From the sequence record NC_047815.1: DNA of 64,000 nt. One strand, written 5' to 3'. This document shows positions 63,537 through 64,000 of the stretch, in pieces; the first letter of the stretch is position 1; each line of letters begins with the position of its first letter. The notes under the pieces were generated by a model that worked only from the letters and a program-made list of their open reading frames with translations, was not told the DNA's origin and made no database searches. Both the position numbers and the translations under genes were made by a program.

Positions 63537-63909
63537 GGTAAACTCCGATATCGTGATTAACAGCGATCTTGAAAGAGGCGCGTTTGCGTTGTTCAGCCGT
63601 AAAGACTTGGACGACGAGTACAAACGCGCCCTGTTATATATTGTATACAAGACTGTGGCACAACAGTCTAGCGCCATGCAGGTGAAACGCCTGCTGTATG
63701 TTATCAGTCAAAACTATGCGTTGAATCGTGAAGACATTAAGGGTGCTATCAGTGCCCTTCGCTGTTCGACTGCGTTTAACGCGCTTAGTATTTTCACAGC
63801 ACGCGGCGATGAGAACCAGCTTTGTCGCGCACAACAATCTCCAGAGATTAATTCGTGGCTGCAAGCGGTAGAATCAACTTATCCGCACATTAGTCGCATG
63901 GTACAGTGA
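63517..63909 (+). CDS. Hypothetical protein
   Basis: ORF track; start uncertain. Confidence 0.65.
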   Translation: MHCKLPEVNSDIVINSDLERGAFALFSRKDLDDEYKRALLYIVYKTVAQQSSAMQVKRLLYVISQNYALNREDIKGAISALRCSTAFNALSIFTARGDENQLCRAQQSPEINSWLQAVESTYPHISRMVQ

Positions 63910-63916
63910 GGTTCAG

Positions 63917-64000
63917 ATGGAGATTTCGTCGGTTGGCCTTGAAATCAGGGCCATTCGAACGGTTACTCATACTGGTCTGAAGGGAGCGTACAGGACGTCC
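63917..64000 (+). CDS. 3'-truncated ORF
   Basis: GAGGT SD, ATG 63917, open to the window end. Confidence 0.6.
   Translation, partial: MEISSVGLEIRAIRTVTHTGLKGAYRTS

Overview
A 64-kb segment of a large lytic tailed phage of enterobacteria. By inference from gene content it resembles the Erwinia/Dickeya/Pantoea jumbo myoviruses; this was not confirmed by a search. Every credible gene is on the + strand. Recognisable genes: intein-containing RecA (C-terminal part), an AcrVA2/FinQ-like protein, an AmsF/WceF-like tailspike-fold protein, a complete YadA-type trimeric autotransporter, two GNATs, YbiI/TraR, UvsE, dUTPase, a lytic transglycosylase, an HD hydrolase, split type IIA topoisomerase subunits, an HNH protein and a sigma-like protein. 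About 70 hypothetical genes lie between them. Beyond the ORF track I found six things. (1) A promoter class CAAA-N5-GGTCAAAA-N29-[-10] with 11 exactly spaced copies. (2) Two A_AAA_AAG_TAA -1 frameshift sites whose shifted frames encode meaningful extensions. (3) Four 80-93 nt two-stem RNA modules and a promoter-flanked ORF-less RNA at 41.0-42.8 kb. (4) An acyl-carrier-protein-like gene lacking the phosphopantetheine serine. (5) A 42.9-54.1 kb cluster of very acidic and H1-like basic proteins sharing a 39-aa module, next to the topoisomerase. (6) An exact 35-nt repeated translation-initiation cassette. No tRNA, rRNA or CRISPR array was found. Family assignments are by-eye motif recognition from memory and need HMM or structure confirmation.
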